Positions 36,326-46,120 of a stretch of DNA of 64,000 nt are shown piece after piece. The DNA is taken from contig JAFKLG010000069.1 of assembly GCA_017304945.1 (NCBI GenBank), positions 61,936-125,935 on the forward strand. Reading direction: 5' to 3'. The notes below the pieces were generated by a model. The model was not told where the DNA came from and ran no database searches. It saw nothing but the letters and a program-made list of their open reading frames with translations. Position numbers and translations under genes: made by a program. This DNA comes from Rhodospirillales bacterium. GTDB lineage: Bacteria > Pseudomonadota > Alphaproteobacteria > Acetobacterales > Acetobacteraceae. Position 1 is the first letter of the stretch. Each line of letters opens with the position of its first letter.

Positions 36326-37536
36326 TGCGCCGGCTCGCGGGCGCCGCGCAGCCCCCTTCGGGCCGCTATGACGTCGACGTCATCATCCTCTCCTTCGACC
36401 GCGCGGAGGAGACCTGTGCCGCGATCGAGTCCGCGCTGCGGCAGGAAGGCGTCAGCCGACACGTCACCGTGCTCGACCAGGGCTCCTGCGCGCCGGCGCG
36501 GGCGCGGGTCGCCGCCTTCGTCGACGGCCGTCCGGACGTCACGCTGCTCGCGGTCGAGCGCAATCTCGGCGTTCCCGGCGGCCGCAACCGCGCCAGCGCA
36601 TTCGGGCATGGCGATGCGATCGCCGGCCTCGACAACGATGCGGAGTTCGCCGCGCCGGACACGCTGGCCCGCGCCCGTGAGGCGCTGGCGGCCGCGCCGC
36701 GCACCGGCGTGCTGGGATGCCGCATCCTCACCCATGCGAGCGCGGTCGACGACCTCTCCTCCTGGGGCTATCCGGCCGCGCTGCTGCCGCGGGCCGGCGA
36801 GCGCTTCGACGCCGCGACCTTCGTCGGCGCCGGCCACGTGATCCGGCGCGCCGCCTGGGAGTCGGTCGGTGGCTACGATTCCGCACTGTTCTTCTGCTGG
36901 GAGGAGTTCGATCTCTCGCTGCGCCTGCTCGCGGCGGGATGGGCGATCCGCTACCACGGCGATCTGGCGGTCACGCACAAGGTCAGCGGCGAGCACCGGG
37001 TGCACTGGTCGGGCGCCCGCTGGTACCACCACGTCCGCAACCGCCTCTATATCGGCCGCAAGTTCGGCGCCGGCTGGGTCACGCTCTCGCCCCGGGTCGC
37101 CGCCTACCTCGCCAAAGGCTGGCGCAACGGGCGGCTGGCGGAAACGCGGCGCGCGATCGCGGATGCCGCCCGTATGCCGATGGCGGCACCCCCCCGCCCC
37201 TTGCCGGCGCCGGTCCGCGCCTACCTGCAGGCGGTGGATCGCGCACCGCGCGGGTCATGGCACCAGCGGCTCCGCCGGGAGGTGCTGGCCCCGCTCGACG
37301 CGGCAGCCCTCGTGCGCCCCGCCGCCCCCTGCCCCGCCACGCGGCCGGAATGGGCGCCGGATGCCGCCCCCGCACAGGCGGTCAGCGCCCCGCCGGACGG
37401 CGTGCCGGTGCACGCGGTAATCCCGACACCGTCGGTGCCGACCCCCTCGGCACTGGAACCCTTCTCGCTGTGGGAGCGGCCGGCCGACCGGTTCCCGCGC
37501 CCCGTGCCCGAACGAGAACCAGTCAGCGCCGAATGA
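36325..37536 (+). CDS. Family 2 glycosyltransferase (rhamnosyl/galactosyl-transferase-like) with a Pro/Ala-rich C-terminal tail
   Basis: The ATG overlaps the upstream TGA (ATGA-type overlap at 36323-36327). Contains VDVIILSFDRAEETCAAIES and LDNDAEF (DxD). The last roughly 100 aa are low complexity. Confidence 0.75.
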   Translation: MRRLAGAAQPPSGRYDVDVIILSFDRAEETCAAIESALRQEGVSRHVTVLDQGSCAPARARVAAFVDGRPDVTLLAVERNLGVPGGRNRASAFGHGDAIAGLDNDAEFAAPDTLARAREALAAAPRTGVLGCRILTHASAVDDLSSWGYPAALLPRAGERFDAATFVGAGHVIRRAAWESVGGYDSALFFCWEEFDLSLRLLAAGWAIRYHGDLAVTHKVSGEHRVHWSGARWYHHVRNRLYIGRKFGAGWVTLSPRVAAYLAKGWRNGRLAETRRAIADAARMPMAAPPRPLPAPVRAYLQAVDRAPRGSWHQRLRREVLAPLDAAALVRPAAPCPATRPEWAPDAAPAQAVSAPPDGVPVHAVIPTPSVPTPSALEPFSLWERPADRFPRPVPEREPVSAE

Positions 37537-38254
37537 CCCGTTGGCGCCACAGCAGTGCGAGCACGCGCGGGCTGTCCCACAGGTAGCGCCGGCCCAGCCG
37601 GCGAGGCGCGTGCAGCAGCCGGAACAGCCACTCCGCGCCGATCCGTTGCATCCATCTGGGCGCTCGCCGCTCCGCGCCGGCCAGGAAGGCGAGGCTCGCC
37701 CCGATGCACAGCGCCGTCCCGCGCGCCTGCCCGGTCGCCGCGATCGCCGCCGCCAGCCGCTCCTGCTGCGGCGATCCCACCGCCAGGAACACGAAGCGCG
37801 CCGGATGCGCGAGCACGAAGGCGACTGCCGCGCGCATCGCGTCGGGCCGCTGCGCGAGCCCCATCGGCGGCAGGTGATGCGCCGGCATCGGCAGGCCGAA
37901 CCGCGCCGCGACCCGCCGCACCACCGGTTCGGGCATGCCGATCACCGTCAGCGCATCCGCGGGTCCGACATACGCGGCGAGCAGCCGTTCGGTCAGGTCG
38001 CTGCCCGGTGCCACCGGCGGCGCCGGCAGGGCGCAGAGCCGCGCCGCTGCCGCCACCACGCGGGAGTCGAGCAGCCGCAACGTGGCGCCGCGATATACGG
38101 CGGCGAGTTCCGGGTCGCGGGAGAGGCGCACGAAGTGATCGGCGTTCGGGGTGACCACGTAGCCGAACGGCGCCTCGGCCCCGCGCGCGGCCAGCCATGC
38201 CGCAGCCTCGGTCGCGTCCATGTCCGCGCATTCGAGACCGAGCAGGCGGGTCAC
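37523..38254 (-). CDS. WecB/TagA/CpsF family glycosyltransferase
   Basis: VVTPNADHFV, FLAVGSPQQERL and GASLAFLAG. The GTG at 38254 overlaps the upstream gene's TGA (GTGA). The 3' end overlaps the convergent GT2 gene by 14 bp. Confidence 0.8.
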   Translation of the reverse strand: MTRLLGLECADMDATEAAAWLAARGAEAPFGYVVTPNADHFVRLSRDPELAAVYRGATLRLLDSRVVAAAARLCALPAPPVAPGSDLTERLLAAYVGPADALTVIGMPEPVVRRVAARFGLPMPAHHLPPMGLAQRPDAMRAAVAFVLAHPARFVFLAVGSPQQERLAAAIAATGQARGTALCIGASLAFLAGAERRAPRWMQRIGAEWLFRLLHAPRRLGRRYLWDSPRVLALLWRQRVIRR

Positions 38255-39549
38255 AGACCGAACCGGAGCGTGAGCAGGCCGAGGCTGTGGGTCCCGGCAT
38301 TCGCGGTCGGCTGCGTGCCCGCATGCCCGCTGGTCACGCCACGCAGGTCGTAGCTGGCCGACACCTGCAGCGTGCGGTTCACCCGCCACGTCGCGCCCAC
38401 GCCCACCGCGTAGCCGGTCTGCGCCCCGCCTTGCAGGAAGTCCGCATGCTGGAGCCCGGCCGCGGCGCTCAGCACGACTTCGCGCATGTATTCGTGGTCG
38501 ATCGCCAGCCGACCGGAAGTGTAGGTGTAGCCGGACACGCCCTCCTGCGCCGCGTCCTCGACGCTGCGCGCCAAATGCGCGCGGATCGTCGTCAGGCCGG
38601 AGGGCATCCAGGCGAGTTCGGCCTCGGCGATCAACGCGTCATGGCTGCGATAGGCGGCGAAGCGTCGCGTCTCGCCGCCCACCAGGAGACGCAGGCGCCA
38701 TAGCGCGTCGGCCTCGTAGTCGACGCCGAACAGCAATTGCGTCGCGAAGGAGTTCTGCGATGGCTGCCCGAGCGGTTGGGTGGAATAGGCCTGGCCGATC
38801 ATGCGGCCGACGGTGACCAGCGTGCGGCGCGGGGCCAGCTCGTAGCGCAGCGTGGCGCCGCCCTGGGTGACCAGCCGGTCGCGATAGGCCTGGCTCACCG
38901 ACGCGCCGGCCACGGTCGCGTCGTCGAAGCGCCAGCGCGCGACCTCCGCCGCGGGGGTGAGCGTCCAGCGGCCGAACGAGGCGGCATAGGTGGTGCGCGC
39001 GCTGTCGACCGTGAAGGAGAGCGGCCGGTCGGTCGGCAGGGCGCCGACCTGATTCGCGTCCTGATGCAGCGCGAGATGGGCGACGGCGAGCGACCAGCGG
39101 TCGCGCCCCACATCCACGGCGCCGCCCAGCAGGACGGTGCCGTCGGTGCGGCTCTGGGTCGGCGTGTCGAGATAGTGCGTGTCGGTCAGCGACACGTAGC
39201 CGCCCAGCGCATGGCGCGACCAGTCGGAGGCGGCCAGCAACGCGGGCGCGGTGCGCACCAGCCAGCTGCCCGGCGCGCCGCGCAGGCCGGTCGGGTTCCC
39301 GTCATATCCGGTCGCGGTCTCCAGCGACGGCCGCAGCACGAAGCTGCCCACTCGCACGCCTTCCGGCTCGAGTTGCGGATGCAGGCGGGAGCGCACGGTG
39401 ACGCCGGGACTGGCGTCGAAGCCGGGCACGCCCTCGGGGAACAGCGTGGCGATGGCCTGCGCCGCGGTTCGGCCCGCGGCGGTCAGGCCGAGGGCGATGG
39501 TGACGCCCGCGACCACTGTCCGCCAGGATTGCGTCCGTACTGCCCGCAT
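38251..39549 (-). CDS. Outer membrane beta-barrel protein of the exopolysaccharide-associated 'putative beta-barrel porin 2' type
   Basis: Signal peptide VVAGVTIALGLTAAGRTAAQA. Alternating amphipathic beta-strand pattern throughout, with aromatic-rich C-terminal strand LGLLTLRFGL. Translationally coupled to the TagA-like gene. Confidence 0.65.
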   Translation of the reverse strand: MRAVRTQSWRTVVAGVTIALGLTAAGRTAAQAIATLFPEGVPGFDASPGVTVRSRLHPQLEPEGVRVGSFVLRPSLETATGYDGNPTGLRGAPGSWLVRTAPALLAASDWSRHALGGYVSLTDTHYLDTPTQSRTDGTVLLGGAVDVGRDRWSLAVAHLALHQDANQVGALPTDRPLSFTVDSARTTYAASFGRWTLTPAAEVARWRFDDATVAGASVSQAYRDRLVTQGGATLRYELAPRRTLVTVGRMIGQAYSTQPLGQPSQNSFATQLLFGVDYEADALWRLRLLVGGETRRFAAYRSHDALIAEAELAWMPSGLTTIRAHLARSVEDAAQEGVSGYTYTSGRLAIDHEYMREVVLSAAAGLQHADFLQGGAQTGYAVGVGATWRVNRTLQVSASYDLRGVTSGHAGTQPTANAGTHSLGLLTLRFGL

Positions 39550-39701
39550 GGCGGCGAGGATGACGCCCCTCGCCTACCATCGCGTTAACGCGCGACGCCG
39601 GATGAGCGGTGGGCGGCGTCCGCGTGCGACGGGGGGGCCAGTCCGCCGGTCCGCCGCGCCCGCGTGGACGCGGAAGGCCGCCCAGTCCTCGCGGCGGCGC
39701 G

Positions 39702-41249
39702 CTACTTCACGGCGGTCTGCTGCTGGACCGGGAGATTCGTTTCCCAGCCGCCGCCCAGCGCCTTGTAGAGGGCGACCAGGTTCGCCGAGACGGTGGTCGT
39801 GCTGTCGGCGAGCTGCTGCTGCGAGGACAGCAGGCTCCGCTCCGCATCCAGCACCGCGAGGAAGTCGGCGACGCCCTGCTGGTAGCGGCTCTGCGCCAGG
39901 CTGACGGCGCGCTGGTTCTCCACCACCGCCTGCTGCAACTGCACCCGCCGCTCCTGTTCGGTGCGGTAGGCGGTCAGCGCGTTGTCGACGTCATGCCAGG
40001 CCTGAAGCACCGTCTTCTGGTAGTTGATCGCCGCTTCCTGCTGCTGCGCCTCGCGCAACTGGAGCTGCGCGCGCAACTGCCCGCCGCGGAACAGCGGCAC
40101 CGTCAGGCCAGGCCCTAGCCCGTAGTTGCGCGAGTTGAGATCGAACACGTGCGCGAACTGCAGCGATTGCAGCCCGACGCTGCCGTTCAACGTCAACGAC
40201 GGATAGAAGTCGGCGACGGCGACGCCGATATCGGCGGTGGCCGCGTGCAACTGCGCTTCGGCCTGGCGGATATCGGGACGGCGGCGCGCCAGTTCCGAGG
40301 GCAGGCCCACGGGCACCGTCGGCGGCACCGGTGGAATCGGCTTCGGAACCGCGAGCTCCGCGCGCAGCGCGTTGGGCGGCTGGCCCAGCAGCAGGCTGAG
40401 CGCGTTGATCAGCGCCGCCTCCTGCTGCTCCAGGGCCGGGATCTGCGCCGCGGTCACCCGGAGCTGGGCCGAGGCGTTGGCGACGTCGAGATCGGTGGTC
40501 ACGCCACCCGCCGCGCGTTGCTGCGTCAGCCGCAGGCTCTGCTGGGCGGTGTGCAGGTTCTCCCGCGCGATCCGCAACTGCTCCTGCGCGCCGCGCAACT
40601 GGATGTAGTCGCGCGCCACTTCCGCGAGGCTGCTCAGCAGCGTGGCCCGCTGCGCTTCCTCGGCCGCCTGCTGGTTGGCGGTGGCGGATTCGACCGAGCG
40701 GCGCACCCGGCCCCACAGGTCGACCTCCCACGAGGCGTCGAAGCCGGTCTGGTAGACGTCGAAGGCGGAGATGTTCTGCCCCGAGATGCCGCCCGTGGTG
40801 TTGCCGTATGCCCCGTTCGCCCCCAGCGCGTCGGGCACCGCTGCAAATTCACCCGTATTGCTCGGCTTCTGCCGCTCATAGGACGCGTTGGCATTCAGGC
40901 TGGGGAACAGCGAGGAGCGCACGCTGGCGAGTTGGGCGCGGGATTCCGCGAAGCGGATGGCGGCGACCCGCACGTCCAGGTTCTCCGCCGCGACGCGATC
41001 CTCGAGCGCGGTGAGCTGCGCGTCGGCGAACAGCCGCCACCAGTTCGGGTCGACCGGTTCGGCCACCGCGTAGCTGAGCTTGGGCTGCGGCGGTGGTTCC
41101 TGTTTGCGCGAGAACCACGAGGCCGGGGACGCCCAGGACGGCGGGGAGAAGTCGGGCCCGACGGTACACCCCCCCAGAGACAGGGCAGCGGCCATCAACG
41201 AGACGGGGGCGAGCGCCGTCCCGCGCTTCAGGAAACTCATGCCGAACAT
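39702..41249 (-). CDS. NodT-family outer membrane efflux lipoprotein (OMF) of the EmrAB-type pump
   Basis: Signal plus lipobox MAAALSLGGCTVGPDF, with two OEP repeats. Downstream of emrB on the same strand. Confidence 0.85.
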   Translation of the reverse strand: MFGMSFLKRGTALAPVSLMAAALSLGGCTVGPDFSPPSWASPASWFSRKQEPPPQPKLSYAVAEPVDPNWWRLFADAQLTALEDRVAAENLDVRVAAIRFAESRAQLASVRSSLFPSLNANASYERQKPSNTGEFAAVPDALGANGAYGNTTGGISGQNISAFDVYQTGFDASWEVDLWGRVRRSVESATANQQAAEEAQRATLLSSLAEVARDYIQLRGAQEQLRIARENLHTAQQSLRLTQQRAAGGVTTDLDVANASAQLRVTAAQIPALEQQEAALINALSLLLGQPPNALRAELAVPKPIPPVPPTVPVGLPSELARRRPDIRQAEAQLHAATADIGVAVADFYPSLTLNGSVGLQSLQFAHVFDLNSRNYGLGPGLTVPLFRGGQLRAQLQLREAQQQEAAINYQKTVLQAWHDVDNALTAYRTEQERRVQLQQAVVENQRAVSLAQSRYQQGVADFLAVLDAERSLLSSQQQLADSTTTVSANLVALYKALGGGWETNLPVQQQTAVK

Positions 41250-41278
41250 CGTATCCCGCGGTTAGAAGAGAGCCATGG

Positions 41279-42805
41279 TCAGTGCGCCGGCGCCGTCCCC
41301 TTCGGCACCCGCGGCAACAGCAGCACGAGCGGCCAGATCAGGAAAGCCACGATGCCCAATGCCCAGAAGATGTCGAGATAGCTCATGATCGAGGCCTGGG
41401 CCTGGATCATGGCGTCGATCGGCGCCAGCGGCGTGGGCCAGCCATAGCCGTTGTACGCCGTGATGTGCTCCGCCAATCGCGCATGATGGAACTGCGTGCG
41501 TTCCTGCAGCATGGTCGTGGTGAAGGACACGCCGACGCTGCCGCCGAGGTTGCGCATCAGGTTGATCAGCGCCGAGGCGTCGTTGCTGCGGTCCGGCGGC
41601 ACCCCGACATAGGACACCGCGCTCAACGGGATGAACAGGAACGGCAGCCACACCACCTGGGTGATGCGGGTGACGGAGATGTTCCAGAACGACACGTCGA
41701 GATTGAGGTAGGCGGCGCTCATCATCGACCAGCCGGTGCCCAGCACCGCCATCAGGATCAGCCATTTCGGCTGGATCAGCCGCCCGGTGATCACGCCGGC
41801 CACCGGCATCAGCACGAGCGAGGCGACCCCGCCCAGGCCCAGCGTCATGCCGGCGGTGGTCGCATCATAGCCCAGCAGTCCCTGCGCGAGCTGCGGCAGT
41901 AACTGCGTCGTGCTGATCAGGATGAAGCCGACCGCGAACATCATGGTGCAGGAGATCGCGAAGGCCCGTACCCGCAGCAGCTTCACGTTCACCACCGGCT
42001 GATCGTGCAACAGTTCCCAGATCACCAGCCCGCCCAGGCAGATCGCGGCGGTCAGTCCGAGCACGGTGATGAAGGTGGAGGAGAAGCCGTCGTCGCGCTC
42101 GTAGCGGTCGAGCATGATCTGCAGCGCGCCGAAGCCCAGCACCACCAGCATCACACCGATATAGTCGACGCGGAGCCCGCCGGAGAGCAGCTTGCGGCGA
42201 TCCTCCTGCAGCGCCTTCGGCTCCACGACGAGCCACTGCACCAGGAACAGCGACAGCAGCCCGACCGGCAGATTGATCAGGAACACCCAGTGCCACGAGG
42301 CATGGTCGGTGAGCCAGCCGCCCAGCACCGGTCCGATCGCCGGGGCGCTGACCACGGTCAGGCCATAGAGGGCGAAGGCCTGCGCTCGCTTCTCGGGCGG
42401 GAACGTGTCGGCGAACATCGACTGTTCGGTGGGCGCCATGCCGCCGCCGCCGATGCCCTGCAGCACGCGCGCGGTCAGCATCATGCCCAGCGAGGTGGAC
42501 AGCGCGCACATGACCGAGGCCGCGGTGAACAGCCCGACGCAGAGCATGTAGAAGCGCTTGCGGCCGATCACGTTGGCGAGCCAGCCGCTGACCGGCAGCA
42601 CGATGGCGTTGGAGACGAGATAGCTGGTCAGGATCCAGGTCGCCTCGTCCTGGCTCGCCGCGAGACTGCCGGCGATGTGGCGCAGGGCGACGTTGGCGAT
42701 GGTGGTGTCCAGCACCTCCATGAAGGTTGCGATCGAAACCACCACCGCGATCAGCCACGGGTTGCGGTTCCCCGCGGCGGAGCGGGGCAGCGCGGCGTCG
42801 GCCAC
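41279..42805 (-). CDS. emrB: DHA2-family MFS multidrug efflux permease (EmrB-like, 14 TMS)
   Basis: 508 aa. Contains MEVLDTTIANVALRHIAG and SGWLANVIGRKR (motif A). Lies 3 nt downstream of emrA. Confidence 0.85.
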   Translation of the reverse strand: MADAALPRSAAGNRNPWLIAVVVSIATFMEVLDTTIANVALRHIAGSLAASQDEATWILTSYLVSNAIVLPVSGWLANVIGRKRFYMLCVGLFTAASVMCALSTSLGMMLTARVLQGIGGGGMAPTEQSMFADTFPPEKRAQAFALYGLTVVSAPAIGPVLGGWLTDHASWHWVFLINLPVGLLSLFLVQWLVVEPKALQEDRRKLLSGGLRVDYIGVMLVVLGFGALQIMLDRYERDDGFSSTFITVLGLTAAICLGGLVIWELLHDQPVVNVKLLRVRAFAISCTMMFAVGFILISTTQLLPQLAQGLLGYDATTAGMTLGLGGVASLVLMPVAGVITGRLIQPKWLILMAVLGTGWSMMSAAYLNLDVSFWNISVTRITQVVWLPFLFIPLSAVSYVGVPPDRSNDASALINLMRNLGGSVGVSFTTTMLQERTQFHHARLAEHITAYNGYGWPTPLAPIDAMIQAQASIMSYLDIFWALGIVAFLIWPLVLLLPRVPKGTAPAH

Positions 42806-42807
42806 GC

Positions 42808-43947
42808 TCAGCGGATCCGGATCGACGGCACGACCGACATGCCGGGCGCCAGGCGGTGGTCCTTCAGCCGGTCGTCGTCGAACACGATCTTCACCGGCAG
42901 GCGCTGCACCACCTTCACGTAGTTGCCGGTGGCGTTCTCGGCCGGCAGCACGCTGAAGGCGGAGCCGGTGCCGGGCTGGAAACTGTCGACCCGGCCATGG
43001 AAGGTGACCGACGGCACCGCGTCGATCGACAGCTCCACGTCCTGGCCCGGACGCATATGGGCGAGCTGCGTCTCCTTGAAGTTCGCCGTCACCCAGCGGT
43101 CGTCCTGCACGATCGCGAACAGCGCCTGGCCGGGATTGACGTAGTTGCCGACATCCACCTTGCGGCTGGCGATGGTGCCGCTGACCGGCGCGAGGATGGT
43201 GCAGTAGGAGAGCTGCAGGCTCGCCGCGGCCGCGTTGGCGTCGGCCTGCTGCACCTGCGCCTCGGCGGCGAGCACCTGCGCGCCCGCGGCCGCGAGCTGC
43301 GCCCGCGCGCCGCCCACCGCCTGCCGCGCGGCATCGAGCTTGGCCTGCGCGCCATGATAGGTGGCGGTCGCGGTGTCGACCTGCTGGCGCGTCACCGCAT
43401 GCGGGTCGATCGCGCGGTAGCGGTTGTAGTCCTGCTGCGCCTGCAGCAGGTCGGCCTCGTTCACCCGGACATTGGCCTCGGATTGATCGAGGTTGGCCTG
43501 CTGCATGATCACCTGCGCCCGCGCCTGCTCGAGTCCGGCCCGCGCGTTCGCCTGCTGTGCCTTCGCCTGATCGAGCTTGGCCTGGTAGTCGCGCGGGTCG
43601 ATCCGCACCAGCACCTGCCCCGCCTCGACGTGCTGGTTGTCGGCGAAGGCGAGCTCCGTCACCCGCCCGGCGACCTGCGGCGCCATCTGGGTGGTGTCGG
43701 CGTCAACGAACGCGTCGTCGGTGCTGACGAAGTCGCGCGCATGCAGCCAGTAGGCGACCCCACCGCCGATCACCAGCAGGGCGACCACGATGCCCGTGAT
43801 CCAGACCAGGGGCCGGCGCCGTGGCCGTTGGTCGGCATCGCGCGGTTCGGCCGCCCCGTCGCGCCGCGACTCGGCCTCATCCCGCCGCGACACCGCTTCG
43901 GCCTGGGTGTCACGGTCCGCCGGCTGGTGCACCTGGTCGTCCATCAT
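42808..43947 (-). CDS. emrA: HlyD-family membrane fusion protein (EmrA-like)
   Basis: N-terminal TM helix, VSTDDAFVDADTTQMAPQVAGRVTEL, a coiled-coil region and YCTILAPVSGTIASRKVDVGNYV. Confidence 0.85.
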   Translation of the reverse strand: MMDDQVHQPADRDTQAEAVSRRDEAESRRDGAAEPRDADQRPRRRPLVWITGIVVALLVIGGGVAYWLHARDFVSTDDAFVDADTTQMAPQVAGRVTELAFADNQHVEAGQVLVRIDPRDYQAKLDQAKAQQANARAGLEQARAQVIMQQANLDQSEANVRVNEADLLQAQQDYNRYRAIDPHAVTRQQVDTATATYHGAQAKLDAARQAVGGARAQLAAAGAQVLAAEAQVQQADANAAAASLQLSYCTILAPVSGTIASRKVDVGNYVNPGQALFAIVQDDRWVTANFKETQLAHMRPGQDVELSIDAVPSVTFHGRVDSFQPGTGSAFSVLPAENATGNYVKVVQRLPVKIVFDDDRLKDHRLAPGMSVVPSIRIR

Positions 43948-43975
43948 GCCTCCACGCAGGCCCGATCACATATTG

Positions 43976-43996
43976 ATGACCAAACCGTTCGGTCAT
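43976..43996. promoter_or_regulatory. Candidate TetR operator: 21-bp imperfect palindrome ATGACCAAACCGTTCGGTCAT
   Basis: 18 of 21 positions are self-complementary in my comparison. It lies in the 117-bp divergent emrA/tetR spacer. Confidence 0.5.
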
Positions 43997-44064
43997 TTGG
44001 GCACAGAGGTGGCACGTCAGCCCCGGTTGTCAACACGGTCCTGAGGCCCGATGGTGCGCAAGAC

Positions 44065-44694
44065 ATGGACATCACGGACGCCTTATCCCCAGAAAAGCAC
44101 GCGCAGATCCTGCGCGGGGCTGCCGAGGTCTTCGCCGCCGACGGCTATGAGGGGGCGAGCATGGCGCGGATCGCCACCGTGGCCGGCGTCTCCAAGGGCA
44201 CGCTGTACAACTACTTTCCCAGCAAGGCGGCGCTGTTCACCGCCTTCGTGCAGGACCAGTGCGATCGCAACCTGGCGCACATCTTCGATGCCGCGGATCA
44301 CGATGGCGATCCGGCGACGGTGCTGGCCGGGATCTGCCGCCGGATGATGCAGATGATGCTGTCGCCGGTCGGCCTGACCATCTACCGGGTGATGATCGCC
44401 GAGGCAGCGAAATTCCCCGAACTGGCGCAGTCCTTCTTCGAGCTGGGGCCGGAACGCGGCATCCGCTCGATGGCCGCCTGGCTCTCGGAGGAAACCCGGC
44501 GGGGCCGCCTGCAGGTCCCCGACCCGGAATTCGCCGCCGGACAGTTCTTCGCGATGAGCCAGAACGTCCTGGTGCTCCGCCGCCGTCTCGGCCTGCTGCT
44601 GGATCCGCCCGCCGCGGAGCTCGAGCGGATCGTGGACGGCGCCGTGACCATGTTCCTCGCCACCTACGCGGTCCGCGACGCCGCGACCGCCTGA
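44065..44694 (+). CDS. TetR/AcrR family transcriptional repressor, divergent from emrAB-OMF
   Basis: ATG at 44065. HTH ARIATVAGVSKGTLYNYFPSKAALF. Confidence 0.85.
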   Translation: MDITDALSPEKHAQILRGAAEVFAADGYEGASMARIATVAGVSKGTLYNYFPSKAALFTAFVQDQCDRNLAHIFDAADHDGDPATVLAGICRRMMQMMLSPVGLTIYRVMIAEAAKFPELAQSFFELGPERGIRSMAAWLSEETRRGRLQVPDPEFAAGQFFAMSQNVLVLRRRLGLLLDPPAAELERIVDGAVTMFLATYAVRDAATA

Positions 44695-44725
44695 CCGGCG
44701 CGCCGCCCAGCAGGAGAACTGCCCG

Positions 44726-46120
44726 ATGTCCTCACCGATCGATGCCGTACTCCGTCACGTCGATGGCGCGCTCGACCAGTCGCGCGCGCGGCTGTTCGAG
44801 CTGCTGCGCATCCCCTCGATCAGCGCCCAGCCCGACCACGCGCCGGATTGCGTGCGGGCGGCGGAATGGTGCCGCGCCCAGCTCGCCGGCCTGGGCTTCG
44901 CCGCCGAACTCCGCCCGACGCCGGGCCATCCGATCGTGGTGGCGCATCACCCCGGGCCGGCCGGCTATGCCGGTCCGCACGTGCTGTTCTATGGCCATTA
45001 CGACGTGCAGCCGGTCGACCCGCTGGAGCTGTGGCACAGCGCGCCGTTCGATCCGCAATATGTCGACGGGCCACGCGGCAAGCGATTCGTCGCGCGTGGC
45101 GCGGTGGACGACAAGGGCCAGACGATGATGTTCATCGAGGCCCTGCGCGCCTGGAAGGAGGCCGGCGGCGGCATCCCGGCCCGCATCACGGTGCTGATCG
45201 AGGGGGAGGAGGAGGTCGGCTCGCGCAACCTGGAGCCGTTCCTGGCGGCGAACAAGGCGGAGCTCGCGGCCGATCTCGCGCTGATCAGCGATACCGGCAT
45301 GTGGGACATCGACACGCCGGCCATCACCACGCGGCTGCGCGGCATGTGCTACGTGCAGGTCACGCTGAAGGCCGCCAACCGCGACCTGCATTCGGGCCTG
45401 TATGGCGGGTCGGCGCTGAACCCGATCAACGCGCTGACCAAGATCCTTGGCGACCTGCACGACGATCAGGGCCGCATCCAACTGCCCGGCTTCTATGACG
45501 GCATTCCCCCGATCAGCAACGCCCAGCGCGCCCAATGGGATCAACTCGGCTTCGACGAGGGCGCGTTCCTCGGCGATATCGGACTGACCGTGCCGATCGG
45601 CGAACGGGGCTACTCGGCGCTGGAGCGCCTGTGGGCGCGGCCGACCGCCGACGTGAACGGGATCTGGGGCGGCTATACCGGCGCGGGCAGCAAGACGGTG
45701 ATCCCGTCCGAGGCCGCCGCCAAGGTGACGTTCCGCCTGGTGCCCGGCCAGGACCCGGACGCGATCGCCGACCGGTTCAAGCGCTTCGTGGAGGAGCGGC
45801 TGCCGGCGGGCGCGACGGTCACGTATGAAACCGGCACCGCGACGCCGGGCATCGAGGTGAGCACCGACAGTCCCTGGGTCCGCGCGGCACAGGACGTGCT
45901 GGCGGCGGAGTACGGCCGTCCGGCGATGCTGATCGGCAGCGGCGGATCGATCCCGGTGGTGACCTCGCTGCGCAAGGTGCTGGAGATCGATGCGCTGCTG
46001 ATGGGATTCGGCCTGGACGACGACCAGGTGCACAGCCCGAACGAGAAGTTCGAGGAGCGGTGCTTCCATCACGGCATCAGGTCGCATGCGCGGCTGCTGG
46101 ATCGCTTCGCCGCCGGTTGA
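44726..46120 (+). CDS. M20-family metallopeptidase (dipeptidase/ArgE-DapE-like)
   Basis: HVLFYGHYDVQP, RGAVDDKGQ and IEGEEEVGS metal-ligand motifs. Confidence 0.85.
   Translation: MSSPIDAVLRHVDGALDQSRARLFELLRIPSISAQPDHAPDCVRAAEWCRAQLAGLGFAAELRPTPGHPIVVAHHPGPAGYAGPHVLFYGHYDVQPVDPLELWHSAPFDPQYVDGPRGKRFVARGAVDDKGQTMMFIEALRAWKEAGGGIPARITVLIEGEEEVGSRNLEPFLAANKAELAADLALISDTGMWDIDTPAITTRLRGMCYVQVTLKAANRDLHSGLYGGSALNPINALTKILGDLHDDQGRIQLPGFYDGIPPISNAQRAQWDQLGFDEGAFLGDIGLTVPIGERGYSALERLWARPTADVNGIWGGYTGAGSKTVIPSEAAAKVTFRLVPGQDPDAIADRFKRFVEERLPAGATVTYETGTATPGIEVSTDSPWVRAAQDVLAAEYGRPAMLIGSGGSIPVVTSLRKVLEIDALLMGFGLDDDQVHSPNEKFEERCFHHGIRSHARLLDRFAAG

Noticed and set aside
33746-39549. Glycan cluster as a horizontally acquired genomic island
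   Set aside because: There is no flanking tRNA, integrase, IS element or direct repeats, and codon and GC character look like the rest of the window by eye. I cannot support an island call without compositional statistics.
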